A stretch of DNA of 64,000 bases from Candidatus Melainabacteria bacterium 17Bon1m (lineage in GTDB: Bacteria; Cyanobacteriota; Vampirovibrionia; Obscuribacterales; Obscuribacteraceae): the NCBI GenBank assembly GCA_032128875.1, contig JAVLKG010000003.1, forward strand, positions 289,008-353,007. The letters are read 5' to 3'. Positions 1-9,800 of this stretch are shown here, piece by piece (the stretch's first letter is position 1; each line of letters begins with the position of its first letter). The notes under the pieces were generated by a model. It made no database searches, was not told the DNA's origin, and saw only the letters and a program-made list of their open reading frames with translations. A program made the position numbers and the translations under genes.

Positions 1-123
1 AAAGCAAAATTTTGCTCTGATGCGTGCCGGTTCAGTACGTTTCAAATCACGAAACAACTGAAAGATCCCGGGTACATGAAAGAAAAACAGCGCCGATACC
101 GAAACCGAAAAGAAAAGCAGTAA
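1..123 (+). CDS. 3' end of a CDS with a CGNR-like zinc-finger motif (partial)
   Basis: Frame 1 is open from base 1: KAKFCSDACRFSTFQITKQLKDPGYMKEKQRRYRNRKEKQ, stop TAA 121-123 directly abutting the next ATG. FCSxxCR plus a basic tail resembles CGNR-type zinc fingers. Confidence 0.55.
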   Translation, partial: KAKFCSDACRFSTFQITKQLKDPGYMKEKQRRYRNRKEKQ

Positions 124-1233
124 ATGGACGTCAACAAAATGAAATCTCTGAGTGTCGCAAGTAAGTCGCTAGTTTTTGCTCTTTCGCTAAGCGCGTTTTT
201 TGCAGCATCTGCGCAAGCCGTCCCGCGTCCGATTGTGCCAGATCCGGCATTGAAGCTGCATTTCGCCTCTCATCAGCCAAAGTACACTGTAAAGCAATTG
301 CCGTCCGGCAAGAAAATGAAGTTGCATTTTGTCGGACCTCTGATTTTTGCTGATGGCGATCAAGCTTTGCTGTTGAGCTATGAAAGTGATTTCAAGCTGG
401 ATGATACGCCCAAGCTGAAAAAAGAGGTCGAGGAGATTTGGACCTATTTCAAGCAGGATGCATCGCTGCAAGGCTTTAAGCACGCGGTAATCACCGTGCG
501 TGAAGAGCCGGAAGGTCAGGCAGTTCGCACGGCTAGAGTAAAGAATTTTTTGTTCGAGCAGAAAGGAAATAAATGGAGCTGTTTGACAGATCCGGATGTT
601 GGAGCGCCGACTCCTGAAGAAGAGGAATGCGACAAAGCTGCGGACTTTGCAAAGGATGGCAAATTTGATGAAGCGATTACGCATTACACGAAAGCCATTG
701 AGTTAAATCCGAAGAGTATTAGTGCTCTGCTCAATAGAAGTACTGCTTACGAAACCATTGGTGAACACAAGAAAGCTCTTGCTGACTTGAGCGCGTTGTT
801 GGCGTTTTCACCAAACTATGTGGTTGCGTATGTCAATCGTGCCTGGTCTTATGGACGTCACAAGGAATTCGCAGAGGCGCTGGAGGACTGCAATAAGGCG
901 TTGGCGATAGATCCTAAATGTGCAGCGGCTTTCAATAATCGCGCTGCTGTTTACAATGATCTGGGTCAGTATGATAAATCGCTTGAAGACAGCACCAAGG
1001 CAATTGATCTCGCTCCGCATCTGGCTGCAGCGTATGACACTCGTGGTGTAGCCCGGCGCCATTTGAAGCAGTTTCAGCAGGCGATAGAAGACTTCAACAA
1101 GGCATTGTCTTTAAATCCGAAGCTTGGTGAGGCCTACTATAATCGCGCTCAAGCCTATAAAGCAATCGGTGATACCACCCATGCTACCAATGACGAAGCC
1201 AAAGCAAAAGAATTAGGTTTCAAAAAAGAGTAA
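124..1233 (+). CDS. Secreted TPR-repeat protein with an uncharacterised N-terminal domain
   Basis: Signal peptide (…AASAQA). C-terminal half has ~6 TPRs (AYVNRAWSY, AFNNRAAVY, AYYNRAQAY). Confidence 0.9.
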   Translation: MDVNKMKSLSVASKSLVFALSLSAFFAASAQAVPRPIVPDPALKLHFASHQPKYTVKQLPSGKKMKLHFVGPLIFADGDQALLLSYESDFKLDDTPKLKKEVEEIWTYFKQDASLQGFKHAVITVREEPEGQAVRTARVKNFLFEQKGNKWSCLTDPDVGAPTPEEEECDKAADFAKDGKFDEAITHYTKAIELNPKSISALLNRSTAYETIGEHKKALADLSALLAFSPNYVVAYVNRAWSYGRHKEFAEALEDCNKALAIDPKCAAAFNNRAAVYNDLGQYDKSLEDSTKAIDLAPHLAAAYDTRGVARRHLKQFQQAIEDFNKALSLNPKLGEAYYNRAQAYKAIGDTTHATNDEAKAKELGFKKE

Positions 1234-1445
1234 GTGCAAGAAGGCCGTCAAGAGGTGGCTGAAACCGAATAAATGCTGGTTTTCTGCCGCTAATTTTGGT
1301 CGCCCACTTTTAACTAATGTATGTTTTTCACCATTCCGCTAAAGTGGTCTTATTGGCGTTCTCGTATCGTTGAAAATTCAGCAGGACATCGGGCGCAGCC
1401 CGGTTTATTAATCAGCAAATTGCCAGTTACTCGGAAGATTGCATC

Positions 1446-3011
1446 ATGAAATCACGATTGATTTATCTCTCACTCGTTTCTCTGTGCGCTGCGGCGCCCT
1501 TGCTTACCAATCCGGCGTTCGCCGGCGCCAAGGAGTGGGGCGACTTTATCGCAGATGGCGAAAAGTTTTACCGAGCTAAGAGTTTTTCAGAGGCCGAAAC
1601 CATCTTCCGCTCTGCTCTCAAAGAATGTGAGAGTTCTGGGCTGGACGACGCAAAGCTGGGCATTACCCTCAACAATTTGGCGCTGTCACTCGAGTCGCAG
1701 AATAAAGACGAAGAAGCCGAAGCGGTATACAAACGTGCATTGGCAGTGAAGGAGAAAAGTGTCGGAGCAGAAGGATATGCTCTGGTGCCTAGCTTGAATA
1801 ATCTTGCCAAACTCTACTTCAAAGAGAAGAAATACGATGAGGCGCGGCTCGCTTATGAAAGGGCTTTGACCATTGCTGAAAAGGAAAAGGGTAAAGAAGA
1901 CAGCGTCCTCATTCCGCTGCTGAACAGCCTCGGGCGTATTGCCAAAGTAGTGGGCAACACTGTAGATGCGACAAAATATCTCGATCGAGTTGCGCTTTTG
2001 GTTCCTAAAACAGGCAATAGCGATGCTGAGACTGTTTCGCTGAATAATCAAGCCGTAGTTCTGCGTAACGAAAAGAAGTACGCCGAAGCAGAAGTTCTCT
2101 ACAAGAAAGTAATCGAGCTGCGTGAGAAAGATAAGGGTGCGGACAGTCCCGATGTCGCTGCTGCACTCAACAATCTCGCCGGCATGTATCGCGAGCAAGA
2201 GAAGCCGGAATTAGCTCAGCCTCTGCTGGAGCGCGCCCTCAAGATTTTGGAGAAAGCCAACAACGAAGATGCGATCGCTATCTGTCTTTCGAACCTTGCC
2301 ACTTGCCTGCGCGAGCAAGGAGATTTTAGTCAGAGTGAAACCATTGCGCGCCGACTTTTGGCAATTCGCGAAAGACATGAAGCCGATAAGCCGCGTGCGC
2401 TTCTTGAAGCGCAAACAAATCTCGCGCTCGTGTTAGATGCTGAAGACAAGTATGACGAGGCAAAACCGCTTCTTCAGAAAGCTGTTGCGCTTGCGGAAAA
2501 GCTGGAAGGCGATCAGAGTTTGTTGTTCGCTACGGCGTTGAACAATCTGAAGGAAGTCTATTTGCACATGGAAGACTACCAGGGTGCGGAGGACATGCTT
2601 AAGCGAGTAATTACAATTCGCAAGTCGAAGCTCGGGGATACCAGCCCTGAAATTGGCAAAGACATGAACGACCTGGCGCTGATTTACAAGCAGCAGGGCA
2701 AGCCTACCGATGCTGAGCCATCCTTCAAGGAAGCTGTCGCCATTGATGAAAAGGGCGGCGGTGCGAGCCTGCCGGAGCTGGCGACCAGTCTCAACAATCT
2801 GGCACGCCTTTACCGCGATGAAGGCAAATATGCAGAAGCAGAGCCACTGTACAAGCGTTCTTTAGAGCTCAGAGAACAGCTTTACGGCAAGGACAATCCA
2901 AAGGTGGCCGCAAGTTTAAGAAACTATGCTGCATTGTTGCGTGATATGGGGCGCGCTCCTGAAGCCAGCGCTATGGACAAACGTGCAAGAGACATCGAAG
3001 ACAAAGAATAG
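1446..3011 (+). CDS. Secreted TPR protein with kinesin-light-chain-type (TPR_12) 42-aa repeats
   Basis: Signal peptide; repeated LNNLAxLYxxxGxYxEAEPLYKRAL motifs. Confidence 0.92.
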   Translation: MKSRLIYLSLVSLCAAAPLLTNPAFAGAKEWGDFIADGEKFYRAKSFSEAETIFRSALKECESSGLDDAKLGITLNNLALSLESQNKDEEAEAVYKRALAVKEKSVGAEGYALVPSLNNLAKLYFKEKKYDEARLAYERALTIAEKEKGKEDSVLIPLLNSLGRIAKVVGNTVDATKYLDRVALLVPKTGNSDAETVSLNNQAVVLRNEKKYAEAEVLYKKVIELREKDKGADSPDVAAALNNLAGMYREQEKPELAQPLLERALKILEKANNEDAIAICLSNLATCLREQGDFSQSETIARRLLAIRERHEADKPRALLEAQTNLALVLDAEDKYDEAKPLLQKAVALAEKLEGDQSLLFATALNNLKEVYLHMEDYQGAEDMLKRVITIRKSKLGDTSPEIGKDMNDLALIYKQQGKPTDAEPSFKEAVAIDEKGGGASLPELATSLNNLARLYRDEGKYAEAEPLYKRSLELREQLYGKDNPKVAASLRNYAALLRDMGRAPEASAMDKRARDIEDKE

Positions 3012-3043
3012 GTTTCTGCCCTTTTTCACAAAGAGATTCTATC

Positions 3044-3547
3044 GTGAGCGAATTGACATTTCGTGCTGATGCGGAAACTTTGAAAGTCCTTGAGAAAATC
3101 GGACTCGAGAAGAAGGACGATTTCATCAATCGCGCGGTTAAGGCCTATGCCACCGGCGGCGGTGCGTTCGAATATGCGGCAGGAAGAGGAAATACCAGCG
3201 CCGCCTCGGGGCTGAGCCTTGCCGCCGAACTGACTGCCGGCTTGGTTGGTGGTTCTTCTAGCGGCGCATCCTCAGGCGCCGGTTCTGCTCATGCTGCTTC
3301 GCCTTCTGGGCAAAGCACAGGCCCCGCCTCACAATTTAATGCTGAACTGGAAAGATTGTTAGGGCCCGGTTGTAGCGTGACGGCTGGTCTGGCTGCCGGA
3401 AATCCGCAACTGGTGGAGTTTTTCCAGGGCGGCTCGAAAATCGCCAGCCTCGAGCTCTCGGAAGGACAGTCAATTCTCAAAAGTTTGCGCCCTCCGATTT
3501 CACTGGCAGAGGTCGTTGAGATGCTCACGCTAATGAGCGTCGGCTAA
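3044..3547 (+). CDS. Hypothetical protein: N-terminal ribbon-helix-helix-like segment, Gly/Ser/Ala linker, small C-terminal domain
   Basis: 167-aa ORF 32 nt after the TPR gene; N-terminus LTFRADAETLKVLEKIG…DDFINRAVKAY has a strand-helix-helix pattern. Confidence 0.6.
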   Translation: MSELTFRADAETLKVLEKIGLEKKDDFINRAVKAYATGGGAFEYAAGRGNTSAASGLSLAAELTAGLVGGSSSGASSGAGSAHAASPSGQSTGPASQFNAELERLLGPGCSVTAGLAAGNPQLVEFFQGGSKIASLELSEGQSILKSLRPPISLAEVVEMLTLMSVG

Positions 3548-3555
3548 AACCATAA

Positions 3556-4023
3556 CTAGCTCTTCTTATCGTCGTCGTCCAAAATCATGCAATCGACAAA
3601 TGTGACGCCTCGGGAGATGGTGCCCAGCTTCATAGCACCGCCCTTTGAGAGGTCCATTACACGTTTGGCGTGATATGGTCCGCGATCGTTGACGCGGACG
3701 ACAATCGTGTTGCCGGTGCGCGGATCTTCAACTAAAACTTTGGTATTGAACTTCAACTTCAGATGCGCGGCTGTCAACTTCATCATGTTGAAACGCTCAC
3801 CACTAGCCGTCAGGCGCCCATCGAAGCCCGGTCCGTACCAGGAGACATTGCCGCTGAAGGTTTTGTTTTTGCCGGTCACTTTTACGTCTTTCGTTGCACC
3901 GCCGTCAGGCGCAGCGTCTTGCTTAACCGCTGATGACGCACTGGCAGCAAAAGCGGCATTTGAAAAACCGGCCAAGACGAATGATGCTGCTGCGACCACT
4001 AAGAATTTTTTTGAGACTTCCAT
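3556..4023 (-). CDS. RlpA-like double-psi beta-barrel protein (lytic transglycosylase family), no SPOR domain
   Basis: SWYGPGFDGRLTASGERF, TAAH, VRVNDRGPY, RVMDLS; signal peptide. Confidence 0.9.
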   Translation of the reverse strand: MEVSKKFLVVAAASFVLAGFSNAAFAASASSAVKQDAAPDGGATKDVKVTGKNKTFSGNVSWYGPGFDGRLTASGERFNMMKLTAAHLKLKFNTKVLVEDPRTGNTIVVRVNDRGPYHAKRVMDLSKGGAMKLGTISRGVTFVDCMILDDDDKKS

Positions 4024-4257
4024 GCTTTTGATTCCTAAAAATGCAAGTCAACTTTCGGCAAATAGTCCATGTAGTTTTGATTCTACCCACTGGACTGCAT
4101 TTTTCTTTCCCGCGGGAGGACGTATCGTATGTCCTTGGGGTTCCAGAATTATGCAAAACCAATAAAACATCTATATGAGTCGGGTACTATACGGCACTTC
4201 CGGGCCCCGGGGTACCCGCGTTAGTTCTTGTAACCAATTGAAGACGGCGAGATTCTC

Positions 4258-5286
4258 ATGTTTGCGATAGTTCTGGCAGTTTTATCAGCAATGTTGTTTG
4301 CGGGTGCCGCACCCGCGGGCAAAGTCATGCTCGCCTCTTTGCCGCCTTTTCAGTTGGCTGGGCTGTTTTACCTGGGGGCGGCTCTCGGCGTTGCTCCCCT
4401 GATTGTTAAGAGCGCTGCCGCCCGAGAGCCCTGGTCTTTTTCGCCGAAGACAATCAAGCGCTTATCCGTCGCTTTGATTTTTGGCGGTGTTCTGGCGCCG
4501 GTATTTTTGTTGCTTGGTTTGAAAGCTGCCAGCGCATCTTCAGTGTCAATGTGGTTGACTCTCGAGGCAGTGTTTACGGCCGTTATTGCGCGCCTTGTCT
4601 TTCGTGAGCATCTGGGAAAAGTGGGCTGGATTTCGGTCGCGCTGGCAACCGCAGCTGCCGTTTTGCTCTGTGTGCAAGAAGGCACCAGTGGACTTCTTGC
4701 TGGCAGCTTAAGCGCGCTTGCATGCCTGTGTTGGGGTATAGACAATAACTCAACTGCCATTATCGATGGTATCAGTCCCGCTCGGATCACCTTCCTCAAA
4801 GGTCTGGCAGCCGGCAGTACCAACTTCATTCTTGGAATGATTTTCGAACCGCACGTCCTGACAGCAGGCACAATCGGACAGGCTCTCTTGGTTGGAGCAT
4901 TGGCATATGGTTTGAGTTTGACCCTGTACATCACAGCCGCGCAACAGTTGGGAGCAACGCGTTCTCAGATGATTTTTGCGACCGCTCCTTTCTTCGGAGT
5001 TATGTTTTCGGCGATTTTCCTTCGAGAAGCTCTGACCAGCATGCAAATTGTCGCCGGCGGTGTGATGGGGTTGGCTATTTATTTGCTGATGAATGACCAG
5101 CACGCCCATCATCATGAGCATGAGGAGATGCAACACATTCACATGCACAGTCATGATGACGGGCATCACAACCACAGCCATCCCGGGCAGCCTCAGACTT
5201 TAAGGCACTCACACTGGCATCATCATGAGCCGCATAGCCACAGTCACCCGCACTGGCCGGACCTGCATCACAGACACAATCACTAG
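4258..5286 (+). CDS. EamA/DMT-family transporter with His-rich C-terminal tail
   Basis: ~10 hydrophobic segments in two EamA-like halves; 26 His in the last 61 residues. Confidence 0.88.
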   Translation: MFAIVLAVLSAMLFAGAAPAGKVMLASLPPFQLAGLFYLGAALGVAPLIVKSAAAREPWSFSPKTIKRLSVALIFGGVLAPVFLLLGLKAASASSVSMWLTLEAVFTAVIARLVFREHLGKVGWISVALATAAAVLLCVQEGTSGLLAGSLSALACLCWGIDNNSTAIIDGISPARITFLKGLAAGSTNFILGMIFEPHVLTAGTIGQALLVGALAYGLSLTLYITAAQQLGATRSQMIFATAPFFGVMFSAIFLREALTSMQIVAGGVMGLAIYLLMNDQHAHHHEHEEMQHIHMHSHDDGHHNHSHPGQPQTLRHSHWHHHEPHSHSHPHWPDLHHRHNH

Positions 5287-5446
5287 TAGAGATCAACTGA
5301 AAGTTCTGCTGAAATCTACCTGTTTCTACGCTGCGCGTCGGGCTGGTCTTGGGTTTGCAGATTCTTGGCTACAGTTAGAGAAATTATTCGTCTAAAGCTG
5401 TATATTTGCTTTGGGCAGTCGTGTTTGCACGTTTTTAAGAGGAAGT

Positions 5447-6145
5447 ATGTCCGAAGGCACGCAACCAGTCGATAATGAGGCTCACGCCCACGCGATCTTA
5501 GACGCGCTCAAACGCCAAAAGCTGGGCGACCCGAATGCTTATGGCGGCAGACCGGATATTCTCGATCGGGTTCGCGATTTTGAAAAACGCGACCTAGAGA
5601 TGATTCAGCAGACGATCAGCATTGCGTCTGCGCGAGGCGAAGACATCGAAAAGTTGGCGCTGCTTGATCCGCTGACAGAACTGTATAATCACCGCACCTT
5701 TCTCAAAGAGTTTAAAGCCGAGCTTGGTCGTGCCGGCCGATACGGTCATCATGTAGCACTGATCATGCTTGGAATTGACGGCATCGACGGAATTCGTGCA
5801 CACTACGGTACTCTCACTGTAGATGCTGTTTCCAAAGTGGCAGCTAACGTGATACGCGAGGGTATCCGCGAAGTAGATCTTGCCGGCAGATATTCAGTCA
5901 ACGAGTTTGTAATTGCATTGCCTCAGACCAACGCTGCAGGCGCGGCTCTGTTGGCTGAGCGTTTGCGTGTCAGATGCGGCAACCAGGCAATCAACCACAA
6001 CTGGCAGGCATTCTCGGTGACAGCCAGTCTTGGTGTTGCGACGTTTCCGCAGAATGGACAAGCCTATGATGAGTTGATAGCACGCGCTTGGGAAGCCCTG
6101 GACTACGCGAGAGCTCGTGGCGGCGATCGTGTTTTTTGTGTTTGA
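5447..6145 (+). CDS. GGDEF-domain protein with a degenerate active site (SVNEF)
   Basis: DPLTELYNHR, DLAGRYSVNEF, VTASLGVA, AR…GGDRV. ATG 5447 follows AGAGGA (the ORF track starts at TTG 5411). Confidence 0.88.
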   Translation: MSEGTQPVDNEAHAHAILDALKRQKLGDPNAYGGRPDILDRVRDFEKRDLEMIQQTISIASARGEDIEKLALLDPLTELYNHRTFLKEFKAELGRAGRYGHHVALIMLGIDGIDGIRAHYGTLTVDAVSKVAANVIREGIREVDLAGRYSVNEFVIALPQTNAAGAALLAERLRVRCGNQAINHNWQAFSVTASLGVATFPQNGQAYDELIARAWEALDYARARGGDRVFCV

Positions 6146-6154
6146 GAATAGCCG

Positions 6155-6790
6155 ATGCGGCGCGGAATCCTGATTTCAATTTGTGCGGTTTCACTTCTGA
6201 CGGCGGTTGTCTATTCCAGTCGCAGTGATGCAAGCACGCGCGAAATCTCGTATCAGGTGAAAGAGTCGAATCGAAACTTCGAGGTGCGTGAGTACCCAGC
6301 GCGCATCGTCGCCGAAGTAGAGGTTTCCGGTACGCGCGAAAAGGCTTTGAGCGAGGCTTTTCAGACACTAGCCGCTTATGTTTTCGGAAAGAGTCGACCG
6401 AAAGATCCGGTTGCTTTGAGTAAATCTGTTTCCGACAAAAACGCTAAAGTAAAACTGTCCATGACCGTCCCGGTCACAACTCAATCAGTTGGCAATGACG
6501 GACAGACAATCAAAATGCGGTTTTTCATGCCGCCGGAATATTCATTGGACAAGTTGCCTGTGCCGGAAGACAAGCGCGTCAAAGTTTTCGAGCTGCCCGC
6601 GCAGAAGATTGCTGTCCTCAAATTCTCCGGCTCTGCGCGCAAAGACAATTTTGACAGACACCTTATCACGCTCAAAAAAATGCTTGAGGCTAGAGGGCTG
6701 TCACCCAGCGGCGAACCTTATGAAGCGTACTATAATCCGCCTTTCACGCCCATTTTTCTAAAGCGCAACGAAATCTGCATACCGTTCTAA
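6155..6790 (+). CDS. SOUL-family heme-binding protein
   Basis: FEVREYP, AFQTLAAYVFG, MTVPV, MRFFMP, YNPPFTP…RNEI; N-terminal signal peptide or anchor. Confidence 0.9.
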   Translation: MRRGILISICAVSLLTAVVYSSRSDASTREISYQVKESNRNFEVREYPARIVAEVEVSGTREKALSEAFQTLAAYVFGKSRPKDPVALSKSVSDKNAKVKLSMTVPVTTQSVGNDGQTIKMRFFMPPEYSLDKLPVPEDKRVKVFELPAQKIAVLKFSGSARKDNFDRHLITLKKMLEARGLSPSGEPYEAYYNPPFTPIFLKRNEICIPF

Positions 6791-6836
6791 CTCTTTCACC
6801 GTGGCTTTTCAGCGGGCTTTTCCTATGGGACTCTTA

Positions 6837-9800
6837 CTAAGGCACGCCCCAGCCGCCGCCTCCAGGCGTTTCAATCTGGATGCTGTCGCCACTTTCAACA
6901 TTCACTGTGATTGTCCCGGGCAAGATTTCTTCACTGCCGTCTTTCTTGATCCATTTGTTGATACCGCGCTTGCCGGGCAGTCCGCCATGCATTCCGAATG
7001 GCTCGGCGACGCGTCTTTGCGAGAGGATGGAAACACTCATTGGAGTAAGAAACTTTATGCGGCGTATTGATCCATCTCCGCCTCTATTCTTGCCGGCCCC
7101 TCCGCTATTTTTGCGAACGCTGAAGTGTTCAAGCAAAACCGGGTAGCGAAGTTCTAAAACTTCCGGGTCTGTGAGCCGTGAATTTGTCATGTGCGTATGG
7201 ACGGCGCTGCTGCCTGCATAATCTGCTCCCGCTCCTGCGCCACCACATATGGTTTCGTAGTATTGCAGCTCGTCGTTGCCGAACGTGAGATTATTCATGG
7301 TCCCTTGTGCCGCTGCCATTAAGTCCATGGCTGCATAGAGAGTATCAACTAGGATTTGCGAGGTTTCGACATTGCCGGCCACAACAGCTGCCGGTGATTT
7401 GGGATTGAGAATGCAAGTCTCTGGAATTGAAAATTCAACCGGTTCTAAACATCCGTCATTAAGAGGAATATTGTCATTGACGATAGTTCTAAAAACATAG
7501 AGCAATGCCGCTTTGCTGATAGCGAGCGGCGCATTCATATTGCCTTTGTGTTGGGGGCTGGTGCCTGAAAAACTAACCTTGACGGTCTCGTCTTTCCTGT
7601 CGACTTTGACGCTTACGACAATTTTGGAACCATCGTCCAATTCGCCGGAGAATTGCCCTTCGCTGATTTTTCCTAAAGCACGACGCACAGACGATGCGGC
7701 ATTGTCGCGCACAAATTGCATGTAGGACTCAACCACGCCCAGTTCGTATCGATCGCACAGGCGCACCAGGGCATCAGCACCGCACTTGTTGGCGGCAATT
7801 TGCGCGGTGAGGTCGGCGATGTTTTGCGCCGGATTGCGAGCCGGGAATTTTGCTGCGAGCAGTTCCTTTAGCAGAGCTTCTTCGTTGAGTTGTCCTTCCT
7901 TGGCTAAATGAAAATGACTGAAAACAACGCCTTCTTCTTCGATGTGCTTGCTTGCCGGCGGCATCGAGCCCGGAGTTATTCCGCCGATGTCCGCGTGGTG
8001 CCCGCGCGATGCGACGAAAAAGTCTGGTGTGGTGAAATTTGCATTGTTACGCCTGGCAAAAACAGGAGAAATCGCGGTGACATCGGGCAAATGCGTGCCG
8101 CCCAAGTATGGGTTGTTGATAATGAACGTGTCGCCCGGAGCCAGCTTTCCTGCTTTCTCTCGCATCAGGGATTGCACGCTCTCACTCATAGAGCCAAGAT
8201 GAACAGGGATATGTGGAGCGTTGGCGATTAATTTGCCCTGTCTGTCGAAAATCGCGCACGAGAAATCGAGTCGCTCTTTGATGTTGACGGAGTGGCTCGT
8301 GTTTTGCAGAACTATCCCCATCTCTTCGGCGATGGACATCAAACGATTGCTGAAGAGTTCGAGCTTGATTGGGTCTGCTTTTGTGGCATGTGCGCGGTTT
8401 TCGGCGTCGAGTCCATAGACTTCCGTTGCTGCCTCGGTTTTCTCAAGAATTAGAAAGCCCCGTTCGTCTACTCTTAATGCCCAGCCTGGATCGACGACTG
8501 TCGTGGCCGTGTCTTCGGCAATGATTGCGGGCCCATTGATTTTGGCGTCTTGAGTGAGTTGGGCGCGATTAAAAACCTTAGCGTCCTGCCATTTGCCGCC
8601 GCAAAAGAGCTGCACTGAATCGACCGGTTTTGCGTCCCCCGTTTTGGCGATCTTGCTCGAGCCGCATTCTGCGTTCTGTCCCTTCGAAATCACTTCTGCC
8701 GAAATGCTTTCAATGACAATTGGTTTGTCGGTAATGAAGCCGTAGCGCTTGTGGTGAAAGGTCTCGAAAACTTTTCTGCTTTCGGCTTCGCTCTTCAGTG
8801 GGACAAAAATGGCTGCATCCGTTCCGCGATATCGCAGATGCAGACCGAATGAAGTTTCCAGGTTTTCCGATTTCAGTCCGTGTGATTCGAGTGTCGCTGT
8901 CGCCTTGGCTGCGAGTTCTGCTTTTGTTTTTTCCAGCTTCGACAAATTTTCCTTGTTGAATTCTTCTTCGACAGCGGCCTGGGCAATTTCGACCGTGTCA
9001 GCAATTCCGATTCCGAAGGCGGAGAGCACACCCGCTAGCGGGTGCAGCAAGACTGTCTTGATGTTCAACTCGTCTGCGATTTGGCAGGCGTGCTGTCCTC
9101 CAGCCCCTCCGAATGCGCAGAGTGCCGAGGCGTCAAGGTCATGTCCCTTCTCAGTGGAGATTTTGCGGACCGCGTTTGCCATTATCTCCACGGCGATTTT
9201 CAAATATCCCTCGGCGACAAGCTCTGGGGCGGTCAAACTATTTGAATCTTTTTCCGAAGCCAGAGCCCCACTAGAATCAGCCCTGGCAATCTCCCTGGTG
9301 AGTGCGGCAAACTTCTCTTTTACAATTACAGTATCGAGCGGTTGATCGTGATGCTTTCCAAAGATGGATGGGAAAAATTTCGGTTGAATGCGACCGAGCA
9401 AGAGGTTGGCATCGGTGACTGTTAAAGGACCACCACTTCGATAGCAGGCAGGTCCTGGATTCGCTCCTGCCGACTGGGGACCGACCCTGCAGCGTTCGCC
9501 ATCAAAGGTGAGGATAGAACCACCACCGGCAGCTACGGTGTGCACCGCCATCATTGGTGTTCGGATTTTGACTCCTTGAATGTCGGTCTCTGAAGTACGC
9601 TCAAAGTATCCGTCATAGTGGCAAACGTCTGTCGAGGTGCCACCCATATCGAAGCCGATTACATGATTGAAACCAGCCAGCGCGGAGGCTCTGGCTGCTG
9701 CCACCACGCCACCAGCCGGACCGGACAGCAGACAATCGCGCCCGCGAAAGTTCATGGCAGGCGTCAATCCACCGTTTGATTGCATGAAATAAAGCTTTGA

